From: Mycobacteriales bacterium
GTDB lineage: Bacteria; Actinomycetota; Actinomycetes; Frankiales; Frankiaceae
DNA length: 64,000 nt
Assembly: GCA_038245655.1 (NCBI GenBank)
Contig: JBBRSE010000018.1
Location: forward strand, 743 to 64,742
Direction: 5' to 3'
Notes under the pieces: model-generated
Database searches by the model: none
Told to the model about the DNA's origin: nothing
What the model saw: the letters and a program-made list of their open reading frames with translations, nothing else
Made by a program: the position numbers and the translations under genes
Shown: in pieces, positions 1-11,986 of the stretch
How positions within the stretch are numbered: the stretch's first letter is position 1
Layout of the letters: every line of letters starts with the position of its first letter

Positions 1-8
1 CGGACACG

Positions 9-374
9 GTGTCCTTCGCCAGGCTCAAATCGCGTACCAATGCGCTGCTGCGCAAGTGGAAGCGCCGTCAGGTGGGTCGCGCGCCGCTGCGTGCGCTGCT
101 TGCTGACATCCGACGCGCCGCCGCGCAGGCCCGCCCGAAAGCCCGGGCGCAACTGGCGGGGCTGACGAACCGGCTGGCTGCCGCCCTGAAGTCCGCTACC
201 AAACCAGCCACGCCATCAGCCCGCAAGCCAAAGACCCACAAACCGGCCGCACACAAACCAGCGGCACACAAGACTGCGCACCCTGCCAAGGCTGCGGTCA
301 AGGCTCACCCGAAGCACAAGACGCCCAAAGCCAAGCCCTCAACAACGAAGCGGCCCGCGTCAGCGGGGCACTGA
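9..374 (+). CDS. Small, very basic Lys/Ala/Pro/His-rich protein with a histone-H1-like low-complexity tail; possibly truncated by the window edge
   Basis: 121-aa ORF with GTG at 9. Imperfect 15-nt tandem units at 237-266 encode HKPAA-HKPAA. No recognisable folded domain. Confidence 0.4.
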   Translation: MSFARLKSRTNALLRKWKRRQVGRAPLRALLADIRRAAAQARPKARAQLAGLTNRLAAALKSATKPATPSARKPKTHKPAAHKPAAHKTAHPAKAAVKAHPKHKTPKAKPSTTKRPASAGH

Positions 375-1001
375 CCAGTACCGATCCAGCTCCGGGTCGC
401 TGGGTAGCTGCGGCGCCTCATGCCCGGTCGTGACCAACACGATGGCCAGGTACATGATCAGCGCGGCGACGGGGAAGACGACGTGAAATCCTTGGCTGCG
501 TAAGACGAAGTCGGCGAGGCCACCGACTTGACCCCGGATGTTTTCCGGGATCTGGTCAAGCACGCGACTGCTCTTCTGAACGTGTCCGATCTGAGCGGCG
601 ACCAGCGAGCCGGCGAGGCTACCCACGGCCAACGAGAGGGGAAGCGGCCAGCTGCTGGCGCGCGACCGCCAGCCCACCAAGGCGCCCGCGATGAGTCCGA
701 AAATCAGGGCCAGCAAGGCGAAATGGACGTCGACACCGGCCTGCGCGTTGAAGGCGGACTCGCTGATCACACCTGAGGAGGAGCGCAGCGCCATCTGCAC
801 GTTGAGCGTGGGAGTGGTCCATCCCCAGAGCAGTCCGAGCGGGACCCCCACGATCACCAGCGAAAAGGTAACCACCAAGGCCGACAGCACGTCGCGCGAG
901 CTCGGCACGTCCGGCTTCCAGCTCCGGCCGGTGGGCGGTCCAGGTGGCGTACCGAATCCTGGATCACCCGCGACGGTCGGTTCGGCACCCGGCGCGGTCA
1001 T
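360..1001 (-). CDS. Hypothetical integral membrane protein
   Basis: 213-aa ORF with ATG at 1001. Pro/Gly-rich N-terminus followed by several hydrophobic helices (LSALVVTFSLVIVGVPLGLLWGW, FALLALIFGLIAGALVGW, VVFPVAALIMYLAIVLV). Last gene of the dnaE-side minus-strand run. Confidence 0.6.
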   Translation of the reverse strand: MTAPGAEPTVAGDPGFGTPPGPPTGRSWKPDVPSSRDVLSALVVTFSLVIVGVPLGLLWGWTTPTLNVQMALRSSSGVISESAFNAQAGVDVHFALLALIFGLIAGALVGWRSRASSWPLPLSLAVGSLAGSLVAAQIGHVQKSSRVLDQIPENIRGQVGGLADFVLRSQGFHVVFPVAALIMYLAIVLVTTGHEAPQLPSDPELDRYWSVPR

Positions 1002-1062
1002 ACGGACAGTTTCTCAGCTGGGCGCATGATCGCCGGTGCCGGGACCGTCCTTTGGCCGCGTG

Positions 1063-1872
1063 TCACCGGCGAGCCGTCCGGCGCAGCGCCCAACCGCCCG
1101 CCAGCAAGCTCACCACCGCGACCGCCAAACACACCAGCAGGTCGACGCCCACGCTCCCCCACGGCACCCGATGACGGAACCCGATCGCCAGCACATCAGC
1201 TCCGTATGTCCCGGGCAGGGCGGCGCGAACGATGCGCAGCAGCTCGGGAAGTCGCGAAGCCGGGATGATGTCCAGGAAGAGGATCGCGCTCATCCCGAGC
1301 TGGCCTGCGACGGTCGCCAGCTCCGGCCGGGGAGCGAGCAGCCCGAGCAGCGCGCCGACACCGGCCAGCGCGGCACCGGTCAGCACCACGACCGGGATGA
1401 GCAGCCACAGCCGCCCGAGTGGCAGCCGGTAGACCAGCCCGCCGGTGACCGCGGTGATCACCGTCCCCGGCACCGCAAAAGTGGCGTATGAGGCGGCCGT
1501 CCCCAACACCACCGCTCCGGCCGGCACCGGCAGCGTGAGGTAGTAGTCGAGCGCGCCCGAGGCGCGCATCGCGCCGAAGCGCTGAGCCAGCAGGTTCAGC
1601 GCGACAAACGCGACGACGAGCACCGTCGACCCGGCGACCACCTGCTGACCGGTCGTCTCACTTGTCCGGTCGACGACGCCACGCAGCAGGAGCAGTAGCC
1701 CGATCGACTGGAACGCCGCAACGAAAAGCAGCGGCACGCGCGCCACCCGACCGCGGGCCAACTGCTGGCGAAAGACCGTCGTCACGGCTGCCCACGAGCC
1801 GGGGCGCGCCGCCGGAGGCGGAACGGACGGCGCAGGGCGGGCTGTCGCTGCATTGGGCAAGAGCTCGGTCAC
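1063..1872 (-). CDS. ABC-2 type transporter permease
   Basis: 269-aa polytopic membrane ORF. GTGA start/stop overlap (1869-1872) with the upstream ATPase gene. Confidence 0.75.
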   Translation of the reverse strand: MTELLPNAATARPAPSVPPPAARPGSWAAVTTVFRQQLARGRVARVPLLFVAAFQSIGLLLLLRGVVDRTSETTGQQVVAGSTVLVVAFVALNLLAQRFGAMRASGALDYYLTLPVPAGAVVLGTAASYATFAVPGTVITAVTGGLVYRLPLGRLWLLIPVVVLTGAALAGVGALLGLLAPRPELATVAGQLGMSAILFLDIIPASRLPELLRIVRAALPGTYGADVLAIGFRHRVPWGSVGVDLLVCLAVAVVSLLAGGWALRRTARR

Positions 1873-2831
1873 ACCCGCTCCAGGTCGCGGGCCCGGCCTC
1901 CGAGCGCGAGATACACGTCTTCGAGGGTGGGGGTCGCCAGCGTGAAGTCGTCAAGAACGGCAAAAGCGGGACCGGACGTCAGCGCGCCGAGCGCTGCCCG
2001 GGCCTCGGCCACCGGCATCCGCACGCTCCACCGGCGTCCGTTCACGGCCGCCCGCGCGGCCAGCGCCGCCACGACGGGGTCGCTCTCCGGCGGCACCCCC
2101 CGCCACACCAGATCCAGCCGCACCTCGTCGCTGACCTGGGCCTTCAACCGTCCCGGGGTATCGCACGCGATGACCCGCCCGGCGTCCAACACGGCGACCC
2201 GGTCGAGCACCGCCTCGGCTTCCAGCACGTTGTGCGTCACGAGTACGACGGTGACTCCGGCGCCGCTACGCCGGCGCTCGATAGCGGCCCACACTGCACG
2301 GCGCGCCTGCGGATCAAGCCCGGTCGTCGGCTCATCGAGCACCAGGATCGGCCGGTAGCCCGCCAGCGTCGCGGCGAAGGCAGCCAACCGCCGCTCCCCT
2401 CCGGAAAGCGTGCCAAGGACCCGCCGACTCAGCGGACCGAGGCCGAGCTCGTCGATCAGCTCATCGCGCGCGGCCCGGGCGGCCCCCGCAGATAGCCCGC
2501 GAAGTCGTCCCGTGGTCTCGACAGCAAGAGAGACCGTCAGATCGGCCAGGGCCGCCTCCTGCTGCGGCAAGTAGCCGACCAGGCCACTCACCTGACCGTC
2601 CAGGGGCTGGCCGAGCAGTCGTATGGTGCCCGCAGCTGGCCGCAGCAGTCCTACCAGCTGGCGCACGAGCGTCGTCTTCCCGGCGCCATTGGGACCCAAG
2701 AGGCCGAAGACGTCACCCGCGGCGATATCGAGGTCGATTTGATCGTTGGCGAGCACTGGCTCGCCCCCACGCGCAGCCGCGCGATGGGTACGGACCAGCC
2801 CACGCACCTCGTACGCGGGCGGCAACGTCAC
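1869..2831 (-). CDS. ABC transporter ATP-binding protein
   Basis: Walker A GPNGAGKTT, signature LSGGERR, Walker B ILVLDEPTTGLD. Confidence 0.9.
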   Translation of the reverse strand: MTLPPAYEVRGLVRTHRAAARGGEPVLANDQIDLDIAAGDVFGLLGPNGAGKTTLVRQLVGLLRPAAGTIRLLGQPLDGQVSGLVGYLPQQEAALADLTVSLAVETTGRLRGLSAGAARAARDELIDELGLGPLSRRVLGTLSGGERRLAAFAATLAGYRPILVLDEPTTGLDPQARRAVWAAIERRRSGAGVTVVLVTHNVLEAEAVLDRVAVLDAGRVIACDTPGRLKAQVSDEVRLDLVWRGVPPESDPVVAALAARAAVNGRRWSVRMPVAEARAALGALTSGPAFAVLDDFTLATPTLEDVYLALGGRARDLERV

Positions 2832-2867
2832 CCCCTCAGTGTCGCAGCTTGACGTGTGGAGCGCGGT

Positions 2868-3548
2868 TCAGACGAGGCTGGTGGTCCACACAACGATGTC
2901 CAGCACCCGAAGCGGGGTGAGCGCCGGCCCGTCTTCGGGGACCAGCCGGGACAGCGCCGCCAGCTCGTCGGCATTGTCCCGCAGATCCTGGCGCATCGCC
3001 CGCACCAGCAGCCCCATGTATTCGCGCACCGTACGGCCGTCTTTGGGCGCCGGGGGCACGCAATCCTCGTGCTGGAAATACATCTGGACCTTGCTGTCGA
3101 ACAGCGGCACCAGGCCGGGCCGCTTACGGTGCAGGACCTTCGCCAGCAGCGATCCCCGGACATCACGGTCGAGCGCACTCGGATCGTCGAGCGGGTCATA
3201 GAGCGCAGCGACCAGGTCGCACGTCTCATCGTCGGCCTCGACGAGGTCGATCGGCGGCAGTGCGTCGAGACCGCGTTGCAGCAGCGGAACTAGCGCCGTG
3301 AGGGTGTGCATCCGGTCCAGGTCGACGTGAACGCCGAGCAGGGTCGGGGCCAGCAGGTCACCCGTACACAAGGTCGCCGGGTCGCCGTTGGTCATCAGCC
3401 CGTCGTAGTACGGGTAGGCGTAACGAAGGCCGCGGCGACCAGGGCTGACGTACATACGCACCAGGCCCTCGGCGTCGAGTACCTCTTTGGTTCCCATGGC
3501 CAGGCGCATGGATGTCAGCCTCTCATCCGAAACGCCGGTCCCGAGCAC
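2868..3548 (-). CDS. Conserved hypothetical protein; I recall similar actinobacterial proteins labelled DUF6308 (unverified)
   Basis: 226-aa ORF with high GC3, lying between dnaE (20-nt gap) and the ABC ATPase gene (36-nt gap). No catalytic motif recognised. Confidence 0.55.
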   Translation of the reverse strand: MLGTGVSDERLTSMRLAMGTKEVLDAEGLVRMYVSPGRRGLRYAYPYYDGLMTNGDPATLCTGDLLAPTLLGVHVDLDRMHTLTALVPLLQRGLDALPPIDLVEADDETCDLVAALYDPLDDPSALDRDVRGSLLAKVLHRKRPGLVPLFDSKVQMYFQHEDCVPPAPKDGRTVREYMGLLVRAMRQDLRDNADELAALSRLVPEDGPALTPLRVLDIVVWTTSLV

Positions 3549-3567
3549 CGGGCAACGCTGGTCACCA

Positions 3568-6500
3568 TCATCCCGACACGCAGCCGGCGCCGAGCAACTC
3601 CTTCAGATCCGCCACCAGACTGGTCGAGACGCTCACCCGCAGCCCGTCATCAAGGCGCAGGGTAGTGACGCGAGCCGTCCCGAGCAGCTGCAGGCGTACC
3701 TCGGTGGTGCCGGGGTGGGTCGACAGCACACCCTTCAGCCGGGAGACCAGATCAGGCACGCAACGCGCCGCCTGCAGCGACACGGTCAGCGGTCCGCGCG
3801 GACCCTGGGTCAGATCCGGGACGGTCAGCTCCATGGCGATCAGCCGCGGAACGTCTTCACGCTTGTCGACCCGGGCCTTGACCAGCACGACCTCGTCTTC
3901 GATCAGCTGGTGCGACACCGCCGCGTAAGTCTGCGGGAAGAAGAGGGTCTCGACGCCTCCGTCCAGATCCTCGAGTTGGATGACCGCCCAAGGGTTGCCG
4001 GTCTTGGTGACCTTTCGGACGATCCCGGCGACGATGCCGCCGACCGTCACGATCGCACCGTCGTCGCACGACTCCGCCAGATCAGCAACCGTGGCGTCAG
4101 ACCCCGCTGCCAGCACGTGTTCGACGCCGAGCAGCGGATGGTCACTCACGTAGAGGCCGAGCATCTCCCGCTCGTAGGCCAGCAGCAGCTTCTTGTCCCA
4201 CTCGCCATTGGGGATGGTGGTCTCGAGCGCCGCATCAGCGTCCTGGCCGGAAATCTCCGGAGCTTCCGTGCCGAGGCTCCCGAAAAGCGAGAACTGCCCG
4301 GCTGCCTCGGCGCGCTTCACCTCCAGGCACGCGTCGATGACCTCAGCGTGGATCTGCACCAGCCCGCGCCGCGGGTGCCCGAGCGAGTCGAATGCGCCCG
4401 CCTTGATCAGTGACTCCACCGTGCGCTTGTTGCAGGCGACCGGCTCGACCTTGCGCAGGAAGTCGGCGAAATCGGCGAACCTGCCCTTGGCCTTACGCGT
4501 ACGCACCAGCGAATCGACGACATTGGCCCCGACATTGCGAATGGCGCCAAGCCCGAAGCGGATGTCGGTGCCGCGCGGGGTGAAGTCACGGTCGGAGTCG
4601 TTGACGTCAGGCGGCAGCACCTTCAGCCCCATCCGCCGGCACTCCTGCAGGTAGATGGCGGTCTTGTCCTTGTCATCGCGAACGCTGGTGAGCAACGCGG
4701 CCATGTATTCGGCCGGGTAATTCGCTTTGAGGAAGGCGGTCCAGTACGACACCAGCCCGTACCCGGCGCTGTGAGCTTTGTTGAAGGCGTAATCGGAGAA
4801 CGGGACGAGGATGTCCCAGAGCGTCTTGATCGCGGCGGCACCGAATCCGCGACCCTTCATGCCGTCGCTGAACGGCACGTACTCCTTGTCCAGGATCTCG
4901 CGCTTCTTCTTGCCCATGGCGCGGCGAAGCAGATCGGCGGCGCCGAGCGTGTAGCCGGCGACGCGCTGCGCGATCGCCATGACCTGCTCCTGATAGACGA
5001 TCAAGCCGTGGGTCTCGTCGAGGATGTCGGCCAGTGACTCGGCCAGCTCGGGATGGATCGGTTCTACGGGCTTGCGGCCGTTTTTGCGGTCGGCGTAGTC
5101 GTTGTGGGCATTGGCGCCCATCGGGCCAGGCCGGTACAACGCGATGAGCGCCGAAATGTCGTCGAACGACGTGGGCTTCATGGAGCGCAGCAGCGAGCGC
5201 ATCGGGCCACCGTCGAGCTGGAACACGCCCAGGGTGTCGCCGCGGCCCAGCAGCTTGTAGGCCTCCGGATCATCGAGGGTCAGCGTCTCGAGCACGATCG
5301 TCTCGCCGCGGTTGGACTCGATGTGAGCCAGGCAGTCGTCGAGCACCGTCAGGTTGCGCAGGCCCAGGAAGTCCATCTTCAACAGGCCCAAGCTCTCGAC
5401 GGCACCCATGTCGAACTGGGTGATGATCGCGCCGTCGGCATCGCGCCGCCAGACCGGCACATGGTCGGTCAGCGGATCGCGGCACATGACGACGCCCGCC
5501 GCATGCACGCCGACCTGACGCTTCAGGCCCTCGAGGCCGCGCGCCGTCTCCAGCACTTTGGCGACGTCGGGCTCCGAGGCGGCCATCGCCCGCAACTCGC
5601 CCGCCTCGCCGTAGCGCTTGGAGGTCGGCTCGAAGCAGTCGGAGAGGTTCATTTCGCGGCCCATGACCGCGGGCGGGAACGCCTTGGTGATCTTGTCGCC
5701 CATGGCATACGGGTAACCGAGCACCCGCGACGAGTCCTTGATCGCGGCCTTCGCCTTGATCGTGCCGTAAGTGATGATCTGCGCGACTTTGTCATCGCCG
5801 TAGCGCTCGGTCGCGTAACGAATCATGTCGGTGCGCCGGCGCTCGTCGAAGTCCATGTCGATGTCGGGCATGGAGATGCGATCGGGATTCAGGAAGCGCT
5901 CGAAGATCAGCCCGTGCACGAGCGGGTCAAGCTCGGTGATGCCCAGCACGTACGACACCATGCTGCCCGCCGCGCTGCCGCGGCCCGGTCCGACCCGGAT
6001 GCCGGCCGCCTTGGCGTAGCGCACCAGGTCGGCGACGACGAGGAAGTACGCCGGGAAACCCATTTGCAGGATGACACCGACCTCGTAATCGACCTGCGCC
6101 TGCTGACGCTCTGTCGCGCCGCCCGGATAGCGATCGGCGACGCCGCGAGCCACCTCCTTGGCGAACCACGTCTCCTCGGTCTCACCCTCCGGGCAGGGGA
6201 ACTGCGGGAGGAGCTGCTTCGGCGCGAACGAGGGCGGCTCGATCCGCTCGGCGATCAGCAGGGTGTTGTCACAGGCCTCGGGGAGCTCGGAGAACGTCTG
6301 ACGCATCTCGGCCGGCGACTTCAGGTAGAACTCGTTGGCCTCGAACTTGAAGCGGGCCGGGTCAGCGAGGGTGGCACCGGTCTGCACGCACAAGAGCACC
6401 TCGTGGGCCTGGCTGTCGGCCTGCTTCGTGTAATGCAGGTCGTTGGTCGCGACCAGCGGCAGGTCGAGCTCTCGGGCGATCTGCACCAGCTGCGGGAACG

Positions 6501-7104
6501 TGCGCTTCTCGATGCCGATGCCGTGTTGCATCAACTCGACGTAAAAATTTCCGCGACCGAAGATCTCGGCGTATTCAGCGGCCGTCGCCTTGGCGAGCGC
6601 GTAATCACCGCGCTCGAGGGACTGGCTGACCTCACCGCCGGGGCATCCGGTGGTGCCGATGATGCCGCCGGCGTAGCGCGACAGCAGCTCGCGGTCCATC
6701 CGTGGCTTGTAGTAGTACCCCTCGAGGCTCGCGAGGCTGGACAGCTTGATCAGGTTGGCGTAGCCCCGCGGATCGGCTGCCCAAAGGGTCATGTGGCTGT
6801 ATTTGTCGGTCTTGGCATTGCCGCCGTCGGGCAACCGCTTGTCGAAGCGGGAACCGGGAGCGATGTAGGCCTCGGTGCCGATGATCGGCTTGATCCCGGC
6901 CCGGGTGGCCTGGCCGGCGAAGTCGAACGCGCCGTAGAGATTGCCATGGTCGGTCATCGCGAGCGCCGGCATGCCAAGCTGCTCGCATCCCTCGAACAGG
7001 TCTTTCAGCCGGGCCGCGCCGTCGAGCATCGAATACTCGGTGTGGACGTGGAGATGGACGAACGAATCGTCCCGCGTGGTCCTCGCGGGCCCCTCGCTCG
7101 TCAT
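3568..7104 (-). CDS. dnaE: DNA polymerase III alpha subunit (replicative DnaE1)
   Basis: PHP-domain start FVHLHVHTEYSMLDGA and full-length Pol IIIa architecture. I prefer ATG at 7104, preceded by AAGGCGG, over the ORF-track start at 7131. Confidence 0.97.
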   Translation of the reverse strand: MTSEGPARTTRDDSFVHLHVHTEYSMLDGAARLKDLFEGCEQLGMPALAMTDHGNLYGAFDFAGQATRAGIKPIIGTEAYIAPGSRFDKRLPDGGNAKTDKYSHMTLWAADPRGYANLIKLSSLASLEGYYYKPRMDRELLSRYAGGIIGTTGCPGGEVSQSLERGDYALAKATAAEYAEIFGRGNFYVELMQHGIGIEKRTFPQLVQIARELDLPLVATNDLHYTKQADSQAHEVLLCVQTGATLADPARFKFEANEFYLKSPAEMRQTFSELPEACDNTLLIAERIEPPSFAPKQLLPQFPCPEGETEETWFAKEVARGVADRYPGGATERQQAQVDYEVGVILQMGFPAYFLVVADLVRYAKAAGIRVGPGRGSAAGSMVSYVLGITELDPLVHGLIFERFLNPDRISMPDIDMDFDERRRTDMIRYATERYGDDKVAQIITYGTIKAKAAIKDSSRVLGYPYAMGDKITKAFPPAVMGREMNLSDCFEPTSKRYGEAGELRAMAASEPDVAKVLETARGLEGLKRQVGVHAAGVVMCRDPLTDHVPVWRRDADGAIITQFDMGAVESLGLLKMDFLGLRNLTVLDDCLAHIESNRGETIVLETLTLDDPEAYKLLGRGDTLGVFQLDGGPMRSLLRSMKPTSFDDISALIALYRPGPMGANAHNDYADRKNGRKPVEPIHPELAESLADILDETHGLIVYQEQVMAIAQRVAGYTLGAADLLRRAMGKKKREILDKEYVPFSDGMKGRGFGAAAIKTLWDILVPFSDYAFNKAHSAGYGLVSYWTAFLKANYPAEYMAALLTSVRDDKDKTAIYLQECRRMGLKVLPPDVNDSDRDFTPRGTDIRFGLGAIRNVGANVVDSLVRTRKAKGRFADFADFLRKVEPVACNKRTVESLIKAGAFDSLGHPRRGLVQIHAEVIDACLEVKRAEAAGQFSLFGSLGTEAPEISGQDADAALETTIPNGEWDKKLLLAYEREMLGLYVSDHPLLGVEHVLAAGSDATVADLAESCDDGAIVTVGGIVAGIVRKVTKTGNPWAVIQLEDLDGGVETLFFPQTYAAVSHQLIEDEVVLVKARVDKREDVPRLIAMELTVPDLTQGPRGPLTVSLQAARCVPDLVSRLKGVLSTHPGTTEVRLQLLGTARVTTLRLDDGLRVSVSTSLVADLKELLGAGCVSG

Positions 7105-7171
7105 GCCGCAACCCGCCTTTCCACCAAACATCCACCAGGATTCGACGCCTCAGCGCAAGGTTCAGGTTTAG

Positions 7172-8707
<1,536 letters not shown>

Positions 8708-8711
8708 GGCT

Positions 8712-9125
8712 TTAGCGGACGTACCCCAGCGCTCGCGGGTCGCTAGTGGACACGATGTCCTTGCCCAGCGGCGCGATCGCGACGTACGCCAGCTTGAAGT
8801 TGGCGATCCCCAGCGGGATCCCGATGATCGTCAGACAGAGCGCAATGCCGGAGACGATGTGGGCGATGGCGATCCACAGTCCGGCCAGGATGAACCAGAT
8901 GATGTTGCCGATGAACGACGCGAGCCCGGCGCCCGGCCGCGGAACGACGGTGCGCCCGAACGGCCACAACACATAGCCCGCCAGCCGGAACGACGCGATG
9001 CCGAACGGGATCGTGATGATCAGCACGCACATGATCAGTCCGGCAAAGGCGTACAGCAGGGCCAACCAGAAGCCCGAGAGTACGAACCACAGGACGTTGA
9101 GGATCAGCCGAATCATCCGGCGCAC
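8712..9125 (-). CDS. YccF-family inner membrane protein
   Basis: 137 aa with two internal repeats of the type IPFGIASFRLAGYVLWPFG / IPLGIANFKLAYVAIAPLG. Confidence 0.8.
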   Translation of the reverse strand: MRRMIRLILNVLWFVLSGFWLALLYAFAGLIMCVLIITIPFGIASFRLAGYVLWPFGRTVVPRPGAGLASFIGNIIWFILAGLWIAIAHIVSGIALCLTIIGIPLGIANFKLAYVAIAPLGKDIVSTSDPRALGYVR

Positions 9126-10006
9126 CCCACGAATTCGATCTCGACGGTGTTCGACTTGTCATGCAGCTCGCGGGTAGCGCCGGTGCGTGCGTAGCCCAGC
9201 CGCTCGTACATCTGATGGGAGTCGGTGAACCGGCTGTCGCTCCAGGCGCGCAGCTGCCCGCGGCCGCCCACCCGGCGCTCGATGAAATGCACCAGCCGCG
9301 AGCCCCAGCCGCGGCGTCGGGACGCGGCCGCGACGTACAGCGACTTCAGCTCGGCACGATCCGGGCACGGCCGCCAGCCGGCGCAGGCCATGATGCCGTC
9401 GCCGTCCGGCGCGGGCACGACCCACAACTCTCCGCGGCCGGCGTAAGCAGTGGCGGGCGCCCGCAGCCAGGGCTCCTCGCCGTCTACGTCAAAGATGATG
9501 CTCGGATACTCCGCCCACACGTCGCAGATGAGGCTCTCGAGCGCCTTCGCGTCGTCGTCGCAGACCAGACGCAGACCCGGCAGCAACTCCTTGCGCATCG
9601 TCAGATGCGGGATCCCGGCTTCGAGGTACTCCGCGCCGTCGCCGGTGTAGCCCAGGCGCTCGTAGAAGCCGGTCACCTGCCGCTGCGCGTGCAACTCCAC
9701 GACGGGCAGCCCCTGGTCTGCGGCCCACCGCTCAGCGACCTCCATCACCAGCGCCCCGAGCCGCTGACCCCGCAACTCCGGCGCGATCGCTACCCGGCCG
9801 ACGATCGCCGCTTCGCCGGTCTGGAAAATGCGGGCCGTCCCGACGACCTCGACGTCGCGCTTCAGCACGACATGAGCCGCCGCCCCATCACGCCCGTCGG
9901 CTTCCAGCGCCTCGTCGACCCCCTGCTCCCCGACGAAGACCCGATGGCGCAGGTGCGCAGCCGCGGCGATCTGCGCCGGGTCGTTCGTGATTCGGGCGCC
10001 GGTCAC
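9113..10006 (-). CDS. Tandem GNAT-domain N-acetyltransferase
   Basis: Two acetyl-CoA motif A regions ([10 protein letters not shown] and [10 protein letters not shown]). GTG at 10006 forms a GTGA overlap with the rluD stop. The ORF-track start at 10123 would overlap rluD by 120 nt. Confidence 0.8.
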   Translation of the reverse strand: MTGARITNDPAQIAAAAHLRHRVFVGEQGVDEALEADGRDGAAAHVVLKRDVEVVGTARIFQTGEAAIVGRVAIAPELRGQRLGALVMEVAERWAADQGLPVVELHAQRQVTGFYERLGYTGDGAEYLEAGIPHLTMRKELLPGLRLVCDDDAKALESLICDVWAEYPSIIFDVDGEEPWLRAPATAYAGRGELWVVPAPDGDGIMACAGWRPCPDRAELKSLYVAAASRRRGWGSRLVHFIERRVGGRGQLRAWSDSRFTDSHQMYERLGYARTGATRELHDKSNTVEIEFVGCAG

Positions 10007-10935
10007 GACTCGGCCGCGAGGATCTGCAACGCCGCCGCGAGGTCGTCCGGGTCGGGACTTTCGAAGCTCACCGGCCGCCCTTCGGTCGGATGGTCGAACG
10101 AGAGCCGCGCCGCGTGCAGCCACTGGCGGGTCAGCCCGAGCCGGGCGGCGAAAGTCGGATCAGCGCCGTAAGTCAGGTCGCCTACGCACGGATGGCGCAC
10201 GGCAGCCAGGTGGACGCGGATCTGGTGGGTACGTCCGGTCTCCAGCTGGATATCGAGCAGGCTCGCGGCCCGAAATGCCTCGACGGTCTCGTAATGTGTG
10301 ACGCTGTCGCGCCCGCCCGCGACGACGGCGAAGCGATAGTCGGCTCCGGGATGGCGACCAATCGGGGCATCGATCGTGCCGCGCGATGGATCGGGATGAC
10401 CCTGGACGAGGGCCCGGTAGCGCTTGTCGACCGTGCGCTCGCGGAAGGCGTCTTTCAGGCGCGCGTACGCAATCTCGCTCTTCGCGACCACCATCAGCCC
10501 GGACGTTCCAGCGTCCAGCCGGTGAACGATCCCCTGCCGCTCAGCTGCGCCGCTGGTCGCAATCTGCCGCCCGGCCGCCGCCAACCCGCTGGTGACCGTG
10601 GGGCCGTCCCAGCCTGGGCTCGGATGCGCGGCCACCCCAACGGGCTTGTCCACCACAAGCAGGTCAGCGTCCTCGTAGACGATCGTCATGCCGGCGACCA
10701 GCTGGGGAGGCGACTGGTCAACGGCGCCGGGCGGGTCAGGAAGGGTGACGTCGAGTTGGGCGCCGGCGCTCACGCGAGCCGACTTGCTCGCCGGCGCCCC
10801 GTCCAGGCTCGCGTCGCCCGAGGCGACCAGGTCGGCAGCGGCAGCGCGCGAGAGCCCGAAGATCCGGGCGACGGCAGCATCCAGCCTCATGCCGTCCAGA
10901 CCATCGGGGACGGCTAGCGATCGCTGCGCAGCCAC
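10003..10935 (-). CDS. rluD: RluA/RluD-family 23S rRNA pseudouridine synthase
   Basis: S4-like N-terminus and catalytic motif [18 protein letters not shown] at 10935 lies just after the agmatinase stop (10955). Confidence 0.9.
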   Translation of the reverse strand: MAAQRSLAVPDGLDGMRLDAAVARIFGLSRAAAADLVASGDASLDGAPASKSARVSAGAQLDVTLPDPPGAVDQSPPQLVAGMTIVYEDADLLVVDKPVGVAAHPSPGWDGPTVTSGLAAAGRQIATSGAAERQGIVHRLDAGTSGLMVVAKSEIAYARLKDAFRERTVDKRYRALVQGHPDPSRGTIDAPIGRHPGADYRFAVVAGGRDSVTHYETVEAFRAASLLDIQLETGRTHQIRVHLAAVRHPCVGDLTYGADPTFAARLGLTRQWLHAARLSFDHPTEGRPVSFESPDPDDLAAALQILAAES

Positions 10936-10954
10936 TTGTCCAGCGTACGGAAGG

Positions 10955-11986
10955 TCAGTCGGCGACCTGGCCAGGCCGGTTCGCCAGCAGTGGCTGCTCG
11001 CGATCCCAGCGCGTACCGGCGGCAGCATCGCGGCGTTTGCGGGCGGTGGCAGACAGCATCTCGAGCACCACCCGGTTCGCGAGGGCAGCCGTGATGTCAG
11101 CGCTGTCGTACGGCGGCGACACTTCGACGACGTCCATCCCGACGACCGGCAGCTCGTACGCGATCCGCCGGACGGAGTCCAGCAACTCCCGCGCCGTCAG
11201 GCCTCCGGGCTCCGGGGTACCGGTGCCCGGAGCGTGGCCCGGGTCGCACACATCGATGTCGACGGACAGGAAAACCCCGTCGCAGCCGTCGGTCGCGATA
11301 GCCGACGCCTCCTCGAGGCAGACCCCCAGCCCGCGGGCGGTGATCTCGGTCATCTCGTACGAGCGCATCCCCTGCCGCGCCATCCAGTCCAGCGTCTCGG
11401 GGCCGGGCCAGTAGCCGCGCAACCCGATCTGCAGGAAGCGGTCGCCGCGCAGGGCGCCCGACTCGATGAGGCGCCGCATGGGTTGCCCGTGACCCCAGAG
11501 CGAGCCGAACTCGATGTCTCCGGTGTCGGCGTGAGCGTCAAAGTGGATCATGGAGATGCGGCCGTGACCCAGGACGTTTGCTACGCCCGTCGCGTCCGGC
11601 AGGGCGATGGAGTGGTCGCCGCCGAGCACCAGCGGGATCGCACCTGCTGCGGTGACGGTCTGCACGGCGGCCTCGAGTGCGCCGAGCGCCCGTTCGATGT
11701 CGCCGGAGAACATCTCGACGTCACCGACGTCGACTACCCGCAGGTCACGCAGCCCATCCGTGCGCAGCGCCAACGAGGGGCGCGAGCCGTCGTGCGGTAG
11801 GTAATCCGTGGTGCGGATGGCCATCGGCCCGAATCGGGTGCCCGGCCGATGTGACGTCCCGCCGTCAAACGGGGCGCCGACGATGACCACATCGGCGCCG
11901 GCCAGGCTCCCTGGGTCGTCGACCGCCGCCCGGTCGACTCCGAGAAACGTCACGTCGGGGCCGTACTGGGCGCCGTACCGGCTCAT
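10955..11986 (-). CDS. speB: Agmatinase / ureohydrolase-family Mn enzyme
   Basis: Mn-ligand motifs [26 protein letters not shown] overlap with the lspA stop (11983-11986). Confidence 0.85.
   Translation of the reverse strand: MSRYGAQYGPDVTFLGVDRAAVDDPGSLAGADVVIVGAPFDGGTSHRPGTRFGPMAIRTTDYLPHDGSRPSLALRTDGLRDLRVVDVGDVEMFSGDIERALGALEAAVQTVTAAGAIPLVLGGDHSIALPDATGVANVLGHGRISMIHFDAHADTGDIEFGSLWGHGQPMRRLIESGALRGDRFLQIGLRGYWPGPETLDWMARQGMRSYEMTEITARGLGVCLEEASAIATDGCDGVFLSVDIDVCDPGHAPGTGTPEPGGLTARELLDSVRRIAYELPVVGMDVVEVSPPYDSADITAALANRVVLEMLSATARKRRDAAAGTRWDREQPLLANRPGQVAD

Noticed and set aside
9-374. Calling the basic ORF an HU/HupB homologue
   Set aside because: Only a low-complexity basic tail is present. 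No HU fold sequence is visible.
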